Source of the DNA: a bacterium
Lineage (GTDB): Bacteria; RBG-13-61-14; DATKZS01
DNA length: 38,147 nt
Direction of reading: 5' to 3'
Assembly: GCA_046484135.1 (NCBI GenBank)
Contig: JAWOBU010000005.1
Location: forward strand, 1-38,147
The notes under the pieces were generated by a model. That model made no database searches. It was not told the DNA's origin and saw nothing but the letters and a program-made list of their open reading frames with translations. Made by a program: the position numbers and the translations under genes. This document shows positions 36,301 to 38,147 of the stretch, piece by piece. Each line of letters begins with the position of its first letter. Positions within the stretch are counted from its first letter, which is position 1.

Positions 36301-36392
36301 GAGGAGTCCTCTCCGCCGGCAAAGGCGCCAGCCTCGGCCTTGTCAACAAGATGCTCTATTACTCATGGGTGCATCTTTTAACTACTCCTTAG
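33321..36392 (+). CDS. Large exported protein with a GH38/GH57-like N-terminal domain and a C-terminal FN3 domain
   Basis: Signal peptide; MHANFYH, RPQE, NFDADAE; beta-rich middle; FN3-like W..PP....GY.IQY...L.....Y.FR. Confidence 0.7.
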   Translation: MRVIRNVVLFSVFISLFMVSAPGSVSPAFRGKSDVPYKVYVILGMHANFYHSWRGDTPDEAGFGTDIRVVREVLRMLDEANAKGLDARAYWEGESLFTFEDIIPNYAPDIIRDIRRRIEAGHDEFMPAPYSNTLFSALTEDEMRSVVRWSVSNPWGSGAKDLFGDYVPFTRPQEGMGTTGQVPVLLDEGMEGLVYAYSNYSFTTFSNFVKPLPPEQRYGLTWMRMQEGGPRIKLFPCVSAADVVNFISMEKWLLKLRKMQTTGKVKKDLVIHINFDADAETWLPMLPPPLSGFPNAGGLPEYIKDVNKYEWAEFTVPSEYLAEHEPVGEVLIKQDLADGGWDGNYSWAEKYPSHMIWTDLEKSRLYTRHAEALMKEAPDQDIKKADDLLYNGRDSSFFQRLRGLSTTHFGMSTPLVNEQRQAVAEKVVHETRDYADRARRLLAEAVPAPEQKDTDLLYSFRLEAPPEDKNKGLRERTARNVLRLPVVLDAPLPGLKLLDGDGKELDFSLVDVEDLDRGRVKAELLAVMELAPGESKNLELRKTGEQGPESPAEQTSELENDRLSLNLDEKDGVQSLKVDGVEVGGPEFLSHFITYRTDKEGKSYYESAYQRLDLSRERRQGMERAGLATEVPFRTPHGEAVASIEIRFTLPDDAPWLLADVEVNYPYTKKEDIIHTMQQKLRRYLDLDWIEVAPFQLHPVLDSSRADPVRVWKHNWLDVTSYYDMNYAKINPENNEWDSMNHQVTAGWVAVSDQSKGLLIGQNAEVLSSYAFAPMRLREDKNKNQKLWINPFGSYHGEQMDYSHLGGTGVGSDIANMASAALRPNGPSYNGKSESFSLILAPYKGDQPPKALQEDAEAFFYPPAVVYTKTPDGVDASFKEDVHKLVEKVRIRQARKATGPIPEPRAFLVNPTEKAADVVWDQPPDPRVEGYEIQYKKEDETSWKTVKTGPGRRHHIEPLQNEEDYLFRMRSAGMGKKSDWTETIECEIGPVETGGVLSAGKGASLGLVNKMLYYSWVHLLTTP

Positions 36393-36599
36393 AAGCGGAA
36401 TGTTTATTTAGTTCCTTTATGAGCGGCGGCCTCTTTTTACTAATGGTTTTTATTACTTTTGCTTATGGTTAAATTTTTCTTATCTTCAGGCAGAAATTAC
36501 TTACTTCTTTTCAGGCCGATAAACAGGTATATGTGCATGCCAATAATAATGGCCATTGTATTCAACAGGTTGGGAAAACTTTCGGGGCTCTCTCTTATT

Positions 36600-36615
36600 T
36601 GGCTCCATTATTGCT
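36600..36615 (+). promoter_or_regulatory. sigma54 (-24/-12) promoter
   Basis: TGGCTCCATTATTGCT with GG-N10-GC spacing, downstream of an AT-rich tract. Confidence 0.6.
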
Positions 36616-36736
36616 ACAAAATTTAAAAGAAAATTTTCTGAAACGATTGCCCGGGCTCGAACTCTAAATTAGAAGAACAGGGATTAAAAAACAGGAAGCA
36701 ACCAAGGGCGATGACCCGAAGAAAGGAGGGGGAGCC

Positions 36737-36982
36737 ATGGAAGTGAAACTAGCGATAATCAATAAAGTTTCTTCCGTCCCCCGCCGGCTGGAGCCGAAGG
36801 AAGTAGAAGACGAGGTACGCGAAGAGACCGGAGCTTCCGAGCAGGAAGTAAAGCGGGCCATGCACGATCTGGTTATGGAGGGTAAGCTCGAGTTCACTTA
36901 CTACGGCAAGAACTACGTGGAACTGCCGGTAACGCTTCTTAAGTCCGGCCAGGCCGTGCAGGGAGCCAAGAACTCTCCGTAG
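36737..36982 (+). CDS. Small winged-helix protein, DsrD-like
   Basis: Strong AAGGAGG RBS; EVKRAMHDLVMEGKLEFTYYG helix and wing. Confidence 0.7.
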   Translation: MEVKLAIINKVSSVPRRLEPKEVEDEVREETGASEQEVKRAMHDLVMEGKLEFTYYGKNYVELPVTLLKSGQAVQGAKNSP

Positions 36983-36990
36983 CGAATCAG

Positions 36991-37330
36991 AAGACAAGAC
37001 GCCGCACTCCAAATTCGTCCCTTTGGACTGCGCAAGCTTGCCTTCGCTTTGTCTTCCGGCAAGCTTGCTTGCCGGCCTGCCGTCTTGTCAAACGACCAAT
37101 ACCCCACAAGTGCGAGCGACTGATACCGCGATCTCCGCCGCTCCATTGAATATACTCGCATGGGTGGCGCAAGCCACAGGCTGAGCGATTGATGGATTCG
37201 GTAGCCCGGATAGCTCGTCTATCCGGGTGCCATTGGCACAGGATGGCCTCAAACGCAACGCCGCTACGGCGCAACGGTTTCTTTCTTCTTTTTGCGAGAA
37301 ACGAGAAACGAGCGACGAAAAACGAGATAC
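36991..37330. repeat. REP mosaic
   Basis: CGCCGCACTCCAAA, TTTGGACTGCGCAAGCTTG (37022), degenerate REP at 37110-37131, GTAGCCCGGAT..ATCCGGG hairpin (37201-37227), 37222-37298 repeat, heptamer run 37294-37330. Confidence 0.7.
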
Positions 37331-37451
37331 TCTTCACGCCCACAAAGTGAACAGGTGCTTATGCTCCCATCCATTTCTATACATTTTCCGATTGACTTCC
37401 TTTTGCGGGTGTGGTAGAAAAGAGAGCATTAACAATGGAATGGATATTTAT

Positions 37452-37518
37452 AGGGGTGCAAGATGCCTTGAGGATGTGGGAGTAGAGATCAATACGAGCA
37501 GGCCGAGGCAGTTATTTA
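37452..37518 (+). ncRNA. Candidate DUF1646 (Na+-I) riboswitch
   Basis: AGAT-GCCTT..GG..TGGG..GAGCAGGCC-GAGGC-AGT layout as recalled for DUF1646; downstream of TTGACT-17-TAGAAA; P1 is only wobble-paired. Confidence 0.5.
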
Positions 37519-37539
37519 CAGGTGATTTCCATAATGAAC

Positions 37540-37760
37540 TTAATTGTAAAGATCAGACCCCAAAACCTCCTTTGGAGCTGGAAGAAAAGCAACCGGGAGC
37601 AAGCTCCCTGACGGAAAGCGGCGGCAAGCCGCCGCACTCCCAAAGATACGGTTGTTGTTCTAAAGTATGACCTCTCACCATCTACAGAAATTTAATTGTA
37701 AAGAACGGACCCCGAGGATTGTGTAGTTAGCGACCTTTTGCCGCCCCTTTCAGGGGGTCA
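37540..37760. repeat. REP mosaic
   Basis: 22-nt direct repeats at 37540-37561 and 37692-37713 (20/22) flanking GAAAGCGGCGGCAAGCCGCCGCACTCCCAAA (37614-37644); GCCCCTTTCAGGGG hairpin at ~37744. Confidence 0.7.
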
Positions 37761-38052
37761 TGAGGGCAACTTTCTCGTCAAAAGTCAAGCTAATTCAGAT
37801 ACTTACATGAAGGCAACTTACCCTCGGAAAGCGATCCGGAAAGCTCTAAAGCTCTTGCCCAGTTGGGCGATTCGTATAAGCAACCCCCTCGCCGCGTTCA
37901 GCAAAAAGCCTACTTGCCGCGAGGGGGCTTGGGATTCTTACAGTAATGGGATTAACTTACACAAAAATCCAGCCCATCACCTTAATGTAGTCATAGTGTC
38001 TCACCAGATTATTGGTCAAGCCTCGAAATTTTAGTTTTTAAGTTTCGCTCCC

Positions 38053-38147
38053 TTACTGACAGCTTGATTCTGCGTATCCTACCCGGTTATGTCCTTGGCC
38101 GTCCATATGTCCCTCATACCATAGCTTTATCGTATCACCATCCAATA
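38053..38147 (-). CDS. C-terminus of a beta-propeller glycosidase-like protein (partial)
   Basis: LDGDTIKLWYEG...RVGYAES..* resembles a five-bladed GH43/32/130-type blade; runs off the window. Confidence 0.55.
   Translation of the reverse strand, partial: LDGDTIKLWYEGHMDGQGHNRVGYAESSCQ

Noticed and set aside
36737..36982. Calling the small protein dsrD
   Set aside because: Lacks the WSSGST motif and dsr context
37540..37713. CRISPR array from the 22-nt direct repeats
   Set aside because: Only two copies 130 bp apart, a third is dispersed, and no cas genes are present
37227..38034. ORFs 37227-37670 and 37738-38034
   Set aside because: TTG-started frames running through repeats and regulatory sequence; no recognisable protein features

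Overview
GC-rich bacterial chromosome segment. Gene content suggests an anaerobic deltaproteobacterium-like organism (inference). From left to right it holds: (1) a nikK-nikM::nikL-nikQ-nikO-type ECF Ni/Co uptake operon with a candidate NikR site over its promoter; (2) a TPR protein, glgA and a hypothetical; (3) a minus-strand run of phosphodiester glycosidase, His-phosphatase, membrane protein, small subunit, GMC oxidoreductase and enoyl-CoA hydratase; (4) a TetR-led catabolic operon built around an atypical glycyl-radical enzyme (GRE; GCVE and KVGGYS motifs), with its activase, an X-domain::URO-D-like fusion, a double-SDR fusion and an acetoacetate-decarboxylase-family protein, followed by an acyl-CoA dehydrogenase; (5) glmU, an orphan DNA methyltransferase, glmS, pyrE, a truncated rhuM and DUF4236; (6) secreted hydrolase-like proteins; (7) a small DsrD-like winged-helix gene behind a sigma54-type promoter. 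Intergenic regions are mosaics of several REP/MITE-like families, and a candidate orphaned Na+ (DUF1646) riboswitch lies near the right end. The GRE operon is the best candidate for an undescribed system. All family calls come from motif recognition by eye; no searches were run.
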